Assembly: GCF_009914755.1 (NCBI RefSeq)
Contig: NC_060932.1
Reading direction: 5' to 3' (one strand)
From: the human T2T-CHM13v2.0 reference genome, Homo sapiens
Length of the DNA stretch: 64,000 nt
This document shows, in pieces, positions 14,215-28,244 of the stretch. The position numbers and the translations under genes are program-made. Position 1 is the first letter of the stretch. Each line of letters begins with the position of its first letter. Below the pieces are notes generated by a model, which had not been told where the DNA came from, did not search any database, and worked only from the letters and a program-made list of their open reading frames with translations.

Positions 14215-14715
14215 ATAGAATGCTATTATGCCATAAAAAGGAATTAAATCCCATCATTTGTGGCAACATGGATAGAACTGGAGGACATTATGTTAAGTGA
14301 AATAAGCCAGGAATGGATAGCTAAACACCATATGTTCTCGCTCATGTGTGGAAGCTAAAAAAAGTTGATCTTATAGAAGTAAAAAGTAGAACAGGATACT
14401 AGAGGCTGGGAAGGGGAGTGAGAAAGAGGTTATTGGGAGAGATCTGTTAAATAATACAAAATTACAGTCAGATAGGATGAATAAGTTCTAGTGTTTTATA
14501 GCACTCTAGGATGACTATAGTTAATAACATATAGTTTCAAATAGCTGGGAGGATATGAAATGTTCCCATCACAAAGAAATGCTAAATGCGTGAGATAATG
14601 GATATCTTAATTAGCCTGATCTGATCACTATACATTATATGTATTGAAACATTATTACATACCCCATAAATGTGTAGAATTATTATGTGACAATTTTAAA
14701 AATAAAATAAAATTA
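12735..14715 (+). mobile_element. 5'-truncated L1MA (MA4/MA5-like): ORF2 3' part and 3'UTR
   Basis: Fragmented ORF2 peptides (DTNKWKDIPCS, KLDPHL, KCWQAC), L1MA-type 3'UTR, A-rich end and an internal (TA)n(CA)n tract at 14113-14213. Confidence 0.9.
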
Positions 14716-15333
14716 GAAAATAGTAAAACGGTAACTCTGAACTCTATTCTTTTAGCGATGAGAATTCAATGTAGGATTTAAAAATGTATACAGTGGAAAT
14801 GTAATTAATTAACTTGGTGTTAGTTCATAGCAAAGCTTCCCAAATCAATATACAGCAGCATGTTATTTTGCCTGCAAGGGTTTCAATTGCTTTGAAATAG
14901 ATATTTCCCCTCGGTCCCCAGAAAGAATAAAGCCTTCCAGACAAGAGGCCTTCAAATATGAACAGACGTCTTTGTTTATCCCAGTGTGCTTTGCAAGTTT
15001 ATTTTCTACATGGGGCATGAAGTAAAGATTATTGGGAAGCATAGATTTGCATGATGATGGAAAAGGGAAAGCCTAAAGCCACAGAAAATAGCTAATAAAT
15101 TAATATACAGTGTGTTTACTGGAGTTGTATGCATTCTCACAAGAGGCATTCTTTCCCTACCAGTTGAATGTTCCTAGAAGGTCACATGCCAGTTAAACTC
15201 CACTATTTTGTCTTTTAGTGACCATGCTTGAGCCCACTTGTTCAACTCCTGAGATCTTATTAGGAAGCTGCTGAAAACATTTCAGGTGTTATTATCTATC
15301 AGGAGACTGCCTTTCCCTGGCACTGGCTGAGAC

Positions 15334-15407
15334 GTATTGTATTGTATTGTATTGTATTGTATTGTATTGTATTGTATTGTATTGTATTGTATTGTATTGT
15401 ATTGTAT
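15334..15407. repeat. (GTATT)n / (AATAC)n pentanucleotide microsatellite at the retrocopy tail
   Basis: About 15 near-perfect units directly after the KRT8 3' end on the minus strand. Confidence 0.95.
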
Positions 15408-15410
15408 CGC

Positions 15411-18222
15411 ATTTTTGGCAGAGCTAGCTGAGGCTTTATTTGGAAGAAAAAATTGTTTCATAGATGGAGGCATGGGCAGGGGGTACCCCAGGCAGCGAAC
15501 TCCCCTGATGGGTAGGCCGAAGGCTAGGGCTGAGCCCAGTGAAGACCTTAGCCCTCAACCCACCCATGGTGGGAGGGACCACCAGTGTCTGCCTCAGTTG
15601 GGTCTCCTGTTCCCTGTGCTCCGCTGAACAAGAGCCTCTGCCACAGGCTGTGGGGCAGCCACAGGATGGGGTAGGCTGGGAAGGGCTGCCATGGCCATTC
15701 TCTTGGGCAGGAGATCAGACGACTCAGAGCCAGTTTCCCACCGTGGGTCTCAATCTTCTTCACAACCACAGCCCTAGAGGAGCTGGTACTCCTGAAGAAG
15801 CAGGAGCCTGTGCCAGAGCCAAAGCTGGAGCCCAGGCCATAGCTAAGGCCAGGGCTTGTGAGGCCTCTGTAGACCAAGTTCAGCCTACCTGAGCAGACAC
15901 TGGTGATCTTCGTATGGATACTCATGTTCTGCATCCCAGACTCCAGCTGGCTCTCCTCTCCCTCCAGCAGCTTCCTGTAGGTGGCGATCTCAATGTCCAG
16001 GGCCAGCATGACATTCATCAGCCCCTGGTATTCATGCAGCTGTGTGCCATGTCCTGCTTGGCTCACTGCAGGATGGCCTCCAGCTCCAACAGCTTGGTGG
16101 CCTTAACAGCCAGCTCCCCATGCTGCTTGGCCTCCATGACGACAGCTTCCAGGGAAGCCCCCTGGCCTTTGAGGCCCTCAGTCTCAGCCTGGAGCCCACT
16201 GATGTTGATACAGGATTTTTCTCGGCCACTTTGCCAATCAGAGACCTCTGGCTGGTGATGCCCCTGTTCAGGCATGGGCTCACCACAGGAGACAGACACC
16301 CTGTCTACTCAGCCAACCAGGCCATGCCTGGCTTGCATGCTGGCGTGGATCCCATGGCCACTGAGACTGTGCACTCAGCCCCTGGCAGGAGGGGGTGTAT
16401 GAGCAAGAATGCAGGGTCTGGCCAGCTGCTCCAAGCAGGACTTGCAGCTGGACCAGGTGTGTCACAAACAACTCCTATGGTGGACTCTGGTGTCCAGGTG
16501 AGGGGAATGCAGTGGCACCCAAACCGGCGTGCCTGTGATCCCAAAACTCTAGATGGGGTGTTACAGCATGCTAATAGCTTCCTCCCATGGCTCTGGAACT
16601 GGCTTAAACCCGTCGCTGTTTCCCATTGTGTGGGATGGCTGCCCTCCGCCAGCAGAGGGCAAAGGGTCACAGTGTTACAGCCTTCTTTCTATGCACATTC
16701 AGTGAGTCCCAAGTTCTTGTCCCACATCCATAAAGAATGAGGTTATGCTGAAAATTGAAAGGTGAGGACTGTGGAGAAGAGTTTTATTAAGTGACGAAAC
16801 AGCTCTTAGTGGAGAGGGTATGCAGGGTGGTCTCCCACCAGAAGTCAGGTGGTCAGTCTCCCCGTAGGGCTGGGTCCAGAGCTTTTATGAGCTCAGAATG
16901 GGGGAGTGCATGCTGATTGGTTTGTGAGTGTGCAAAAAATGCTAAAACAAAAGCTACAGTCAAAGGTGGGTACAATAGTGTAAAAAACAATTAGGGAAGA
17001 GTAGCTATATGTAAAATAGATGAAAGGTAGGGATCAAACAGAGGAAAGCATGCCAAATGGGAAAAGGTTCTCAATCTGGTCTGTGGACTTTCCAGGGACT
17101 TGTAGCTAGGCTTTAAACTGTGTTCAGCTTGAAACTTGGGTTTCACCAGGGACCAGCCCCTGTATTCCTAGGATTTGTCTGCCTCCTGCCACTAACAATG
17201 TTACAGCTCATCTCAGCGATGTCCATCTTTGTGTGACACAGCTCATCCCCATGCTTCTCAGCCAGCATCTGCAGCTCCTCATGCTTGATCTGGTACATGC
17301 GCTCAGCCTTGGCCAGGCTATGGTTGGCAATCTCCTCATACTGGGTCTTGACCTCAGCAATGATGCTGTCCATTTCCAGGGAGTGGCTGTTGTCCATAGA
17401 CAGGACCACAGATGTGTATGAGATCTGGGAATGCAGCTCACAGAAAACCTCTTTATACATCTGCCTGCCTGAGAAACTTGATCTCATCAGTCAGCCCTTC
17501 CAGGAGAGATTCTAGCTCTACCTTGTTTATGCAAGTTTCATTCCACATCCTTCTTGATGAGGACAAATTCATTCTAAACCTCTGTATGTTTACTGATGTC
17601 ACCCTCGTACTTATTATTCAAGTCCTTCAGCAGCCCCTGCATGTTGCCAAGCTCTGTCTCCAGCTTCAGCTTCTCCTGGCCCAGAGTGTCCCACTGCCTC
17701 CAAAGGTTGTTGATGTAGCTCTCAAGCATGTTGTCCATGTTGCTCTGGGCTGTCTTCTGCTGCTACAGGAGGCTCCACTGGTCTTCAGCATCTTCTGCTG
17801 CTGCTCCAGCAGTATACCTTGTCGATGAAGGAGGTAAACTTGTTGAGGGTGTTGATCTGCCCCTTCTCCTGGGTGTATGTGACCTGGATGTTGGAGTCCA
17901 CCTTTGGCTTAAGGGGGCTCAGTAGGCTCTGGTTCACCATGATGGCTATGATACCCCCCATATCACTGGCCCCACCATAGTCTCCACCCAGACCCATGCC
18001 AGTTCCCTGCCCACCCTAGAAGCTGCTGCTACTACCCATTCAGGAGAAGTTCAAGGAGTTGTTCCAGGCCCACACATGTAGGAGTAGCTGCTGAAAACCT
18101 GGGGACCAGAGATGGACACCTTGTAGGACTTCTGGGTCACCCTGATGGACATGGTGAAGGCAAGAGTGGAGGCAGGCAGGCCAAACCAAGGGCAAATTTG
18201 AGGAGTGCAGAATCTGCTTCTA
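15411..18222 (-). pseudogene. KRT8: Keratin 8 processed pseudogene, full-length and intronless
   Basis: Peptides MSIRVTQKSYKVS (ATG at 18152), [39 protein letters not shown] and [10 protein letters not shown]. 5'UTR and 3'UTR present, AATAAA at 15435-15440 (minus). Multiple frameshifts, stop TGA>AGA at ~15699-15701, and an LTR insertion. Confidence 0.96.
16206..17197 (-). mobile_element. ~1 kb ERV1 solo LTR (LTR28/MER52/MER61 group) inside the KRT8 pseudogene
   Basis: TG..CA termini; the minus strand starts tgttagtggcaggaggcagacaaatcctagg. Perfect 4 bp TSD ATGT (16202-16205 and 17198-17201). The KRT8 EMxxNIS sequence rejoins across it. Confidence 0.88.
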
Positions 18223-19742
18223 GGTACAATTATCATCTTAGAGAGAGAGTTATCAACCACCTGATGGTCGCCTGACATTCCTGGTTTTGTGGTGGGGGGG
18301 CCTCTCCTGCCCTGCTCATGTCTGACTAGCTGCCTACTGTTACAGAATGCCTAACCCAGCGATGCAAAATGCAAATACAGTGTCCTGTAGACCTGGTAAC
18401 ATAAGAACTTAAAATGGAGAAGAAAATTCTATAGTGAGCACAAAGACATCATATGCATATATCCCTTATGTTAAAATATGACTCTGAAAATAGGTATTCC
18501 TAACGGCACTGACCAGATGGCCCTGTTCAAATGCAAGTTGCCAATCTGAACCACATGAAGTACCAATGCAATGTTAAATCCATTTATTAGCAATGCAAAT
18601 GTCAAGCTACCTCTGATTTTCCCAAAAGCAGGATAAACAAAATAAATGAGCCATTAGGAGGCACAGGTGAGATACTCAGGCTTCAAGAACCCTGCTTTGA
18701 TTACTTTGAAAGGCAGATAAAGGCAGCATAACAAGTTTCCACTTGAACAGAGTGTGTTTATTCAGCTTGATGCAAGTCAGAGGAAATAGCCCTAATAGTT
18801 TTGAATTGCTATAAAAGGTTGTATGCACTTGTCAGATTTATGCATTTAGGCCATAAAAGCAAAAGAGTCTTACAGAGGCATTTTCTTAATTAAGCAATTC
18901 AGGTATAAATTCAAAGACAGAGAAGAAATGCAAGCTTCACATACACCAGAGCATGTGCCCAAAATGACCTTTCTCTTACTTTTACCCTAAGATTTCCTTT
19001 TCATCCTTCAACACTAGCTCAAATATTTCTGCCTCAAGTGAACTGTCTCCTGAACCCCTCTACCCATCACTTCTGCCAGCTAATGACTTCCAGCAACTTG
19101 TACATCCCTCCATTGGAACACTTTGCTTTATAATTATTTATTTAACTTCCTCTTCTTGTGTTCTGTGATGTCTTCGAAGGCAAAGATTGTATACTATTTG
19201 TGTCTCCAAACCTCAGAAGCTTTCACAGAAAAGATTCTAACAATGTATATTCACAACCAAAATCAAGAAAAAGAGATGATCCCTAATACTTTAGTTTGCT
19301 AGATTTTTGTTGAGCTCATAGTGATGCTTATAAATTTGACACTGTAATGCTAGATAAGTATTTTAAAGGGTAATTGTACAAAGAGGGTAAAATCATGACT
19401 CTCATGGGGATAGAAATTGAGCACTATTAAATATTTTATTTAACTATAAATTAGAGAATCAGGCAGATGTCACAACTTTTCAATGGAGAAGTAAAACAAG
19501 AATAAATGTGTATAGAGTAAACTTTCCTCAGTAAAGAAATGTTGAACTTAAATGATAAAACAATGCAACTGGCTTTTTTTCCATGAGAGGAGAATGGAGG
19601 AAAGTCAACTGAACCTCCCCACCAGACATAATTCATTTGCATTTCTAGGAACATGAATTATTTCGCATTGCTATCAGTTATCTACAATTTGCAAAGTTAT
19701 AAAATACTGCAAAGGCTAGACTTAGATAACCTGGAAGTGCAT

Positions 19743-20095
19743 TGCAATGAGTTTAATATTTGTGTACCTCCAAAATTCATATGTTGAAAACCTAACCCCA
19801 AGGTAATGGTATTTGAATGTAGAACCTTTGGGAAATAATTAAGTCATGAGAGTGGAGTCCCCATGAATGAGATTAGTGCCCTTATAAAAGGGACCCCAAA
19901 GAGCTCTTTCTACCATGTGAAGATACAAGAAGTCAGCCATCTACAACTAACAAAAGAGCTCTCCACAGAAACCTACATTACTGGCACCATGATCTTGGAC
20001 TTCTAGCCTCCAGAACTGTGAAAAAATAAATTTCACTTGTTTGCAAGCCACTCTGTTTATGGTATCTTGTTATAGCAGTCCAAGCTGGTAAGACA
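19743..20095 (+). mobile_element. MLT1A-like MaLR LTR
   Basis: ccaaaattcatatgttgaaa...attagtgcccttataaaag...ttgttatagcag...taagaca. Confidence 0.85.
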
Positions 20096-20544
20096 AATCT
20101 GCTCTAATCTAAATAATGTATTGTTTTTCATAGGAGACATCCAATAATCTTTTTTATTTAGTTCAAATTTTCTTACACTGTGTCATCTTAAAGGTAGAGT
20201 GTGAGATCCTATGTTCTTTCATTGAAAGGTCAACGTATGATCAAAAATTGTTTTTGTCCATTTGTAAGACAATATTTCTAAACTCCTCTCAACATGTTGT
20301 TATATCATTAGCCCTTCCATAGTAATGAACCAATAACAACACAAACTAACATTTGGGAAATTACTTTTTGCCAAGTAGTGTGAAGAGTGCTTTATCTAAA
20401 GAATTTCTTTAATTCTCATGCCAACCTGATGAAGTAAAAATTTCATTATACTCATTTCATAGAATAGAAAACAGCATTAACAAAGCCTCTAAATCACACA
20501 ACCGGCATGTGACAGACATGAATTCTAAGCAGAAAGCTCTATCT

Positions 20545-20815
20545 CTGCTGTCTAATCTGGTAGCCAATAGTCACATGGGGCTATTGGGACTTGAAATGTG
20601 GCCAACTCAAATTCTGATGTTCTGTAGGCAAAACCAGGCAATAAGTTTTTAAGACTTAGTACCATAAAAATATTTTGAAATTATAATGGTTTGGATGATT
20701 GAGTTAAATAAAATATATCATTAACTTTACCATCTGTTTCTTTTTACGTTTTAAAATGTGGCTACTAGAACATTTTAAATCACCTATGTGGCTCACATTA
20801 TATTTTTATTGACTA
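20545..20815. mobile_element. hAT-Charlie MITE (MER33/MER3-like)
   Basis: gctgtctaat..gtagcca.tagtcacatg at the left end and tgtggctcacattatatttttattgac at the right end. Confidence 0.65.
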
Positions 20816-21305
20816 GCCTACTCTCTTACTGGCAGACTTGAAGGACAGAAAATTGCCAAGAAAAATCAAACAAGCTCTCTTTTTAAAAAATGATATGATT
20901 AAAATATTTATGATATCAAAATATCCATCACTATTGTAGTGGACACATGTAATTAGCAGAGAATTTTCTGCATAACTTAAAGAATATTTTAATAGATTCA
21001 CCCTCATACAAGAAGAGACAATACCACACTTAGTGATTCTCAAATGTCAGTAGTGTTTTTAACACCAAAGATGGTAGTCTAGGGTATGGAGTCATCATGA
21101 CAGGGAGTAAAGCAGTACCCATACCTGATTTCAGGAGGCCTAGCTTCATGTTCTCAGTTCCACACTGACTTTAGCCGGTAACTACGTGAGTTGTAATTTT
21201 CTTATCTGTAAAAGGAAGACATTTAACCTTGAGATCTCTTCCAGCTGAAGAAGCTCTGTGAACATACTGATCTCCACCTGGTACCGTCTTCAAGATGATT
21301 TAGAA

Positions 21306-21474
21306 CAGCTGTTCTCAGACTTGAGGCTTGGAGGTCATTATGCCATAGATTGCTGGGCCCTACCTCCAGGGTTTCGATTCAGTGGGTCCGGGGCAGAGCT
21401 GAGAATTTGCATTTCTAGTAAGTCCTTGGGATGTTGATGCTGCTGGTCTGGGGAATACACTTGGAGGATCACTG
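21306..21474. mobile_element. MER5A hAT MITE
   Basis: cagctgttctca...gattgctgggccc...gaatttgcatttcta...gatgctgctggtctgggga..acactt...cactg. Confidence 0.8.
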
Positions 21475-24224
21475 ACTTAAAACAACATCACAGAGCCTCT
21501 CACATGAGGAGTCATAGGGGCTGCAGTAAGGGCAAAGTAGACTTCACCTACCTCCACTCAAAAGGTGAATTGAGTGTTTGACCTTTTTCAAGCCCTTTTA
21601 TTGAGGATGATTCAAAGTTTTACATTCTCATTCAGAAAGGGGAGAGTTTAGACCAATAATGACTTTAATGATTTTTTTCCCTGCTAGCATTTGGCCTTAA
21701 AATAATTTTTTTTGAGAATTACACACTCTGAAGGGAAATGTCAGATTCTAAGTCGTATTTTTTTTAAATTGGTTGGTATTCTAGTGTAAGCTGTGTTGCA
21801 TTTCTAAATATGGGTGGCGGGCAAAATCTCCACCAACAATGTTATGTAACAGACACACCCACACCTATATTTCTATTGATGATCTAATGTAGACTATTTA
21901 TTTTCAAAGGATATATAATGATAAAAGGAATGCATTTCCCTTTTGCCATTTTAAAATTTTATTTACTTTTACATTATTATAAAGTATGTTTTGTGCTTTT
22001 TGGGGTAAAATCAGCTTGTTCTAGTTACATTTATAAAATTTAAAAGCTTCCCCTGTTCTCTTAATGTTTCAACATTTTCATTGCTTTGCATCTGGATATT
22101 TTTAGGACATAATGTGCAACTTTATGGTTCTATGAGAACACCAACTGGCTGTGCAAATATGTATTAAGGCAGTGGGAATTTGGGCTACCTTGTCCAGACG
22201 ATGCTGACAGAAGCATTGTACACGTGAGATGGCAAATATGATTTTTAAAATAATAATGACAAAAGCATCTACCCAGTTGGAAAAATAATGTAGATTTCTT
22301 TATTGCTGTTCTTTGTTCTATTTTTGTTTTAATAAGTTCACCTAGATATTAGTGGAAGTGCTGTGGAAATCATGAGCCCTCTGTCTTAATTTCTTTTTTC
22401 AAAAAAACTTTAACTTAAATTATCTATTTAAAAAGCTTTGTATTTTTCTGTTAATTTTTCTTGAGGATTCTAATTAAGCCTCATCTCTGTGAGAAATAAA
22501 ATTAGTAGATATTAATAGTATTCTTTTACAGATAAAAAAAGTTATAAAGTGTTGGTAAGTATTCTTACATCAAACTTACTGGTTTGAAATTATGAGGAAA
22601 ATTACAAAGTCAATTACCCAGATGGTGTGATGTTGTCAAAACAATCAACAAGGAATGGTTTTGTTCCTATTCTTTGTCTGATGTTTGGTTTATGTGGATA
22701 TAATCTATGTCTCTGGCATGATTAATACCATAGCCATTTTAATACTTATTTTTAAGTACAGAGCTTTCATGATTATTGTGCCCTATCCTCATCATTAATA
22801 ATGGCCATCTGCACTTCCTTTCCTTTAATGAGTGGTGTGATTTTACTTTGTCATCAGTATGTTCTGGGAATAGCACTGTTACTGCTATACTCAGACAGAA
22901 AAGTGCCTGAGGTAATTATGGAACCCATCTGAAATTTCAAAATTAAAATATTTTCCTCACGCCTTGTAATATGCATTTCAAGCAAAAGCTCACCACCATT
23001 TCTAAATAATAAACGTTCAGGAAAGCATTTTTGCCAGATCAATGATTTTTTAAATCTGAAATGAGTAAAATCATAAAAAACCATTTGCTCTTCTAACTCT
23101 GTTCTTTTAATAGGTACCCCAATTAAAGATAAACTTTATTGCTATTTTTAAGATGCCCTCTGCTTTTCTTATTAAAATGTAAAGTAAACCTGGATTAAGG
23201 AGAAAAATGAACCATACTTTGCTAGATAGTAATACCTAATATCAGAGGACTAATGTCTACACATTTTGGTCATGTCTGCATAGTTCTCTAAAGGTTAACT
23301 GCTTCTTAATAGTCCGAAATCACTAAAAGCTAAATTTATGTTCTATAGTGCCAAATAATAATTTTGAGTCTGTATTTTTCATTTTCTCAAGTTCTTAAAT
23401 TTATATCATTAAACATAATAATTAAGGCATAAGTAGGCTAAAAAGCTTAAATTACTAACAGAAGCCACCAAAATCAGAACTACACTTTGAAGAACAGCCT
23501 ACTGGGCTCTCTAATGTAAAGTCTGATAATATTCAGCCATTCTGACTTGTCAATCGAAGGGGGTTATAATGTAACTAATCTGATGTCATATCACACTCTA
23601 TATCCCGAAGACATTGAACTGATTAAATGTGTTTACTATTATTATTGTTATGTATATTATCATTACACTTCTTAATAAAGACATCCGGTGTCTTTATGAT
23701 GTGTCCTAGGCATCATAAACTGAGTGTATGATGTGTGTTGGGCAACAGACTATTTCCTATTTGAAGTTAGGCTCTAGAGACTTACATAGAATCGGAGAAC
23801 AGAATTGGGAATCATGCATCCAGATAATTTAGAGAGCTTATAAAAATTGGCATGGTGTAATTCTAGTGTTTTATAGACAAAATCTATATCTCTGATTATG
23901 ATTATAATTGTTGTCTTTATTACTCATTTTAAATATTCCTATCTCCCATGATAATATTCTATGATTCTGATTTGATAGGTCTGGAGTGGGGCCAAAGAGT
24001 TGATGGTTTCAAAAGCTCATCAGGTGATTCTGCTGTGCAGTTAATTTGTGAATGCTTTAATCATACAGGTGGGGATATTAAAGACCAGAAGATAAAGTGA
24101 CTTAACCTCTTAGGGTTAAGAGGCAATTTACTTCCTCAGAACTTGTCAGTTTACTTCCTTGGAACTTCAAGATTTCTCAGACTTCAATATTTAAATGGAA
24201 ATATTTTTAAGAAAGGTTGTGTCA

Positions 24225-24863
<639 letters not shown>

Positions 24864-25964
24864 TTACCCCAGGTGGACCTCTCTAGGGCAGAACATATGT
24901 TTCAGGAAAACCAAATTTTTAAATAGCACAATCAGTACCTGGCACAAATCCTAACATATAATAAGTACTCAAAATATATACATATTTGAAAAAATAATCC
25001 ACAGTAGTTACAATTTTCCTATAATGTGTTAAGCTCAGATTCTTTTTCTGCTTATACCATCTTTTCTTCAATTAACTCTACTTTAAAATTATAACTGTTT
25101 TTGACAGCTTTATTTAACATGTGTGTATTTTGTTTAAAAGCAATCCTAATTTAGAAAACTAACAGTAGGCTAAACATAAGAATAAAGGAATAAAATGTTC
25201 TTTCTTGTATTTTTTGTTTGGTTTTTTTTTTTTTTTTTTGGCAGAATACGCAAAGTAATAGCAATAACAGGGCAGAACTTCTGAAAAACCTCATGGAACT
25301 TCTTAGAATCCTTAGCCTTACATTCAATCCCTCCTCAGTCTGTCCCAGTGATGGTTTTTGTTTTCTTTTTTTCAAATTCCTTTATCAATGCTCTTCTCAC
25401 ACCTATGACATTCCCTTCACCAAATAATTGAGTGTCCCCATGTAGTTCCTGGTCTTTATTTTAACAATGTTCTTACATATTCTTGTTTGTTCTTTGAGTC
25501 GTCAGTGTTCAAATGCTATGTGTCTTTCAAAGCATATTTCAAACATCACTTCCCCCTTCCCCTCAGCGGGAACCATTCTCCTCCTCTTAAAATTTCAACT
25601 AACACTTTTATTTGCATGACATTCATAATTTAATTTCACCCTAAACTGTACTTATTTCTGGACATTGTCTCACTTACAGGACAATGCTTTGCCCAGTAGT
25701 CAATTATTCCATGAATAAATGACTGAATGGAAAATTGACCAGATTTGTTTTAAGTTTAGAATTCAATTTTAACTGTTTTCATTATTACTAAATATATTAG
25801 CACAAGCCCCATTTTTCCATGCCTACCAAAATGAAATTTTTAAGAGACCACTACAAGAAAAATATATATCATTTCTAAGTATGTCACTTTTAATCTACTT
25901 TTGATGTGATTGATATGAAGCTCACCAGTACCTATTTATTGTTGAAAACTGCAAAGAAAAAAGT

Positions 25965-27905
25965 GAGAGATCTTGGCCAGAGCAATCAGGCAAAAGGAAG
26001 AAAAAAAAGGCATCCAAATAGGAAAAGAGGAAGTCAAACTATGTGTTTGCATATGGTATAATTTTATACCTAACAAAGCTCATAGTCTCTGCCAAAAAGC
26101 CTTTAGATCTGATAAACAACTTCAGCGAGGTTTCTGGATACAAATCGGTGCACAAAAATCGGTAGCATTTCTGTACTACAATAAGGTCCTTCCTAAACGC
26201 AAAATCAAGAATGTAATCACATTCACAATAGCCACACAAAAATAAAATAAAATACCTAGGACTACAGCTAACCAGGGAGGTGAAAGATCTCTACAATGAG
26301 GATGACAAAACACTACTCAAATAAATCAGAGATGACACAAATGAATGGAAAAACATTCTATGCTCATGAATAGGAATAATCAATATCATAAAATAGCCAT
26401 ACTGCCCAAAGAAATTTACAGATTCAATGCTATTCCTATCAAACTACCAATGACATTCTTCACAAAACTAGAAAAAACTATTTTAGGAGGCATTATGTTA
26501 CCTGGCTATAAACTAAACCACAAGGCTTCAGTAACCAAGACAGCATGGTACTGGTACAGAAACAGACTCAGAGACCAATGGAACAGAATAGACAGCCCAG
26601 AAATAATGCTGCACACTGTGACCGTCTGATCTTCAACAAAGCTGACCAAAACAATCAATGGGGAAAGTATTTTCAATTCAATAATGGTGTGGGGATAACT
26701 GGCTAGCCATACGCAGAAGATTGAAACTGGACCTCTTTCTTACACCATATACAAAAATTAACTCAAGATGGATTAAAGACTTAAATGTAAAAACCAAAAC
26801 TCTAAAAATCTGGGAAGACAACCTAGGCAATACCATTCTGGACATAGGAATGGGCAAAGATTTTATGCCAAAGATACCAAAAGCAATTGCAAGAACAGTA
26901 AACATTGACAAATGGGATCTAATTAGACTAAAGGGCTTCTGCCCAGCAAAAGAAACTATTAACAAAGCAAACAGACAACCTACAGAATGGGAGAACATTT
27001 TCACAACTTTACCTCTGACAAAGGCCTAATATCCAGCATCTATAAGGAACTTGAGCAAATTTACAAGCAAAAAGCAAACAACCCCTTTAAAAAGTGGACA
27101 AAGCATATGAACAGACACTTTCAAAAGAAGACATATAAGCAGCCAACAAGCATATGAAAAAATGCTCAATATCACTAATCATTAGAGAAATGCAAATCAA
27201 AACCACAGTGAGATACCATCTCATACCAGTCAGAATGGCCATTATTAAAAAGTCAAAAAATAACATTTGCTGGAGAGGTTGTAGAGAAAAGGGAATGCTT
27301 ATACAGTGTTGGTGGGAGGGTAAATTAGTTCAAACATCGTGGAAAGCAGTGTGGAAATTCCTCAAAGAGCTAAAAACAGAACTACCATTCAACCCAGCAA
27401 TCCCATCACTGGATATATACCCAGAGTAATATAAATCATTTTACCATAAAGAGACGTGCATGTTCATCACAGTACGATTCACAATAGCAGACTTGGAATC
27501 AACATCAATGCCCAGCGACGGTAGACCAGATAAAGAGAATATGGCATATATACATCATAGAATACATGCAGCCATAATAAAGAATGAGATCATATCCTTT
27601 GCAGCAACATGGATGGAACTAGAAGCCATCATCCTAGGCAAACTAACCCAGAAACAGAAAGTGAAATACCACATCTTCTCACCTATAAGTGGGAGCTAAA
27701 CATTGAGTACACATGAACACAAAGAAAGTAACAATAGACACCAGGGCCTACATGAGGGTAGAGGGTGGAGAAGGATTAGGACAGAAAATCTACCTGTCGA
27801 GTACTATGCTTAGTGAGGAAATAATACACACACCAATCCCCTGTGACTTAAAATTTATGTATAGAACCAACCTGCATATGGACCCCTGAAATGAAAATAA
27901 AAGTT
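25965..27905 (+). mobile_element. 5'-truncated old L1PA (PA15/16-like): ORF2 3' part and 3'UTR
   Basis: ORF2 fragments ([25 protein letters not shown]), an internal deletion near 26484 and an old-PA-type 3'UTR. Confidence 0.9.
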
Positions 27906-28244
27906 TTTTTTAAGTCAACAATTCTGTTCTTTCATTGTGCACCTTAACTCAATATTTTCTAGTTCCTTTTTTCCCATACTACTATTCTAAATTTATAAAA
28001 ATGAAAGGAATTCATCTGATATATTACTTTAAGATAAACTGCTTTTAAGAATTACTGTAATGCAATAATCATTCCTTGTTATAATTCTATATTATTTAGA
28101 TATGATAAAAGTAGCACCAATAACTTTTTTGAAAAATTGAAAAATATTTATTTAAGAAGAGTTAAAAGAAATTCCAAGCTAATTTTGGACATTTTCTACT
28201 TTTGATTTTTTTTACTTAGTCTGTAATTAAAGGGGATACATTTT

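Larger units (their letters stand above)
15108..18343 (-). mobile_element. MER50-like ERV1 LTR split by the KRT8 retrocopy (pieces 15108-15333 and 18227-18343)
   Basis: The minus strand starts tgtaacagtaggcagctagtcagacatgagcagggcaggagagg and resumes after the insert at gtctcagccagtgccagggaaaggcagtctcc. The two pieces are contiguous in the consensus as I recall it. Confidence 0.75.

Noticed and set aside
14084-15473. Low-complexity ORFs (IYIY..., IQYNT...)
   Set aside because: These are translations of the (TA)n and (AATAC)n microsatellites.
16042-16740. 232 aa plus-strand ORF
   Set aside because: It is antisense to the KRT8 pseudogene and a GC-rich LTR, spans an insertion junction, and has no recognisable domain.
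15045-19642. Octamer motifs ATGCAAAT/ATTTGCAT at 15045, 18369, 18593 and 19635
   Set aside because: Not clearly above expectation in AT-rich DNA, and no convincing adjacent SOX half-site. An enhancer cannot be supported from sequence alone.
21600-23900. Repeat-poor unique stretch that might hide an exon or conserved element (similarly ~37000-41400 and ~700-2400)
   Set aside because: I could not identify a credible splice-bounded ORF or recognisable protein or RNA homology. Conservation data would be needed.
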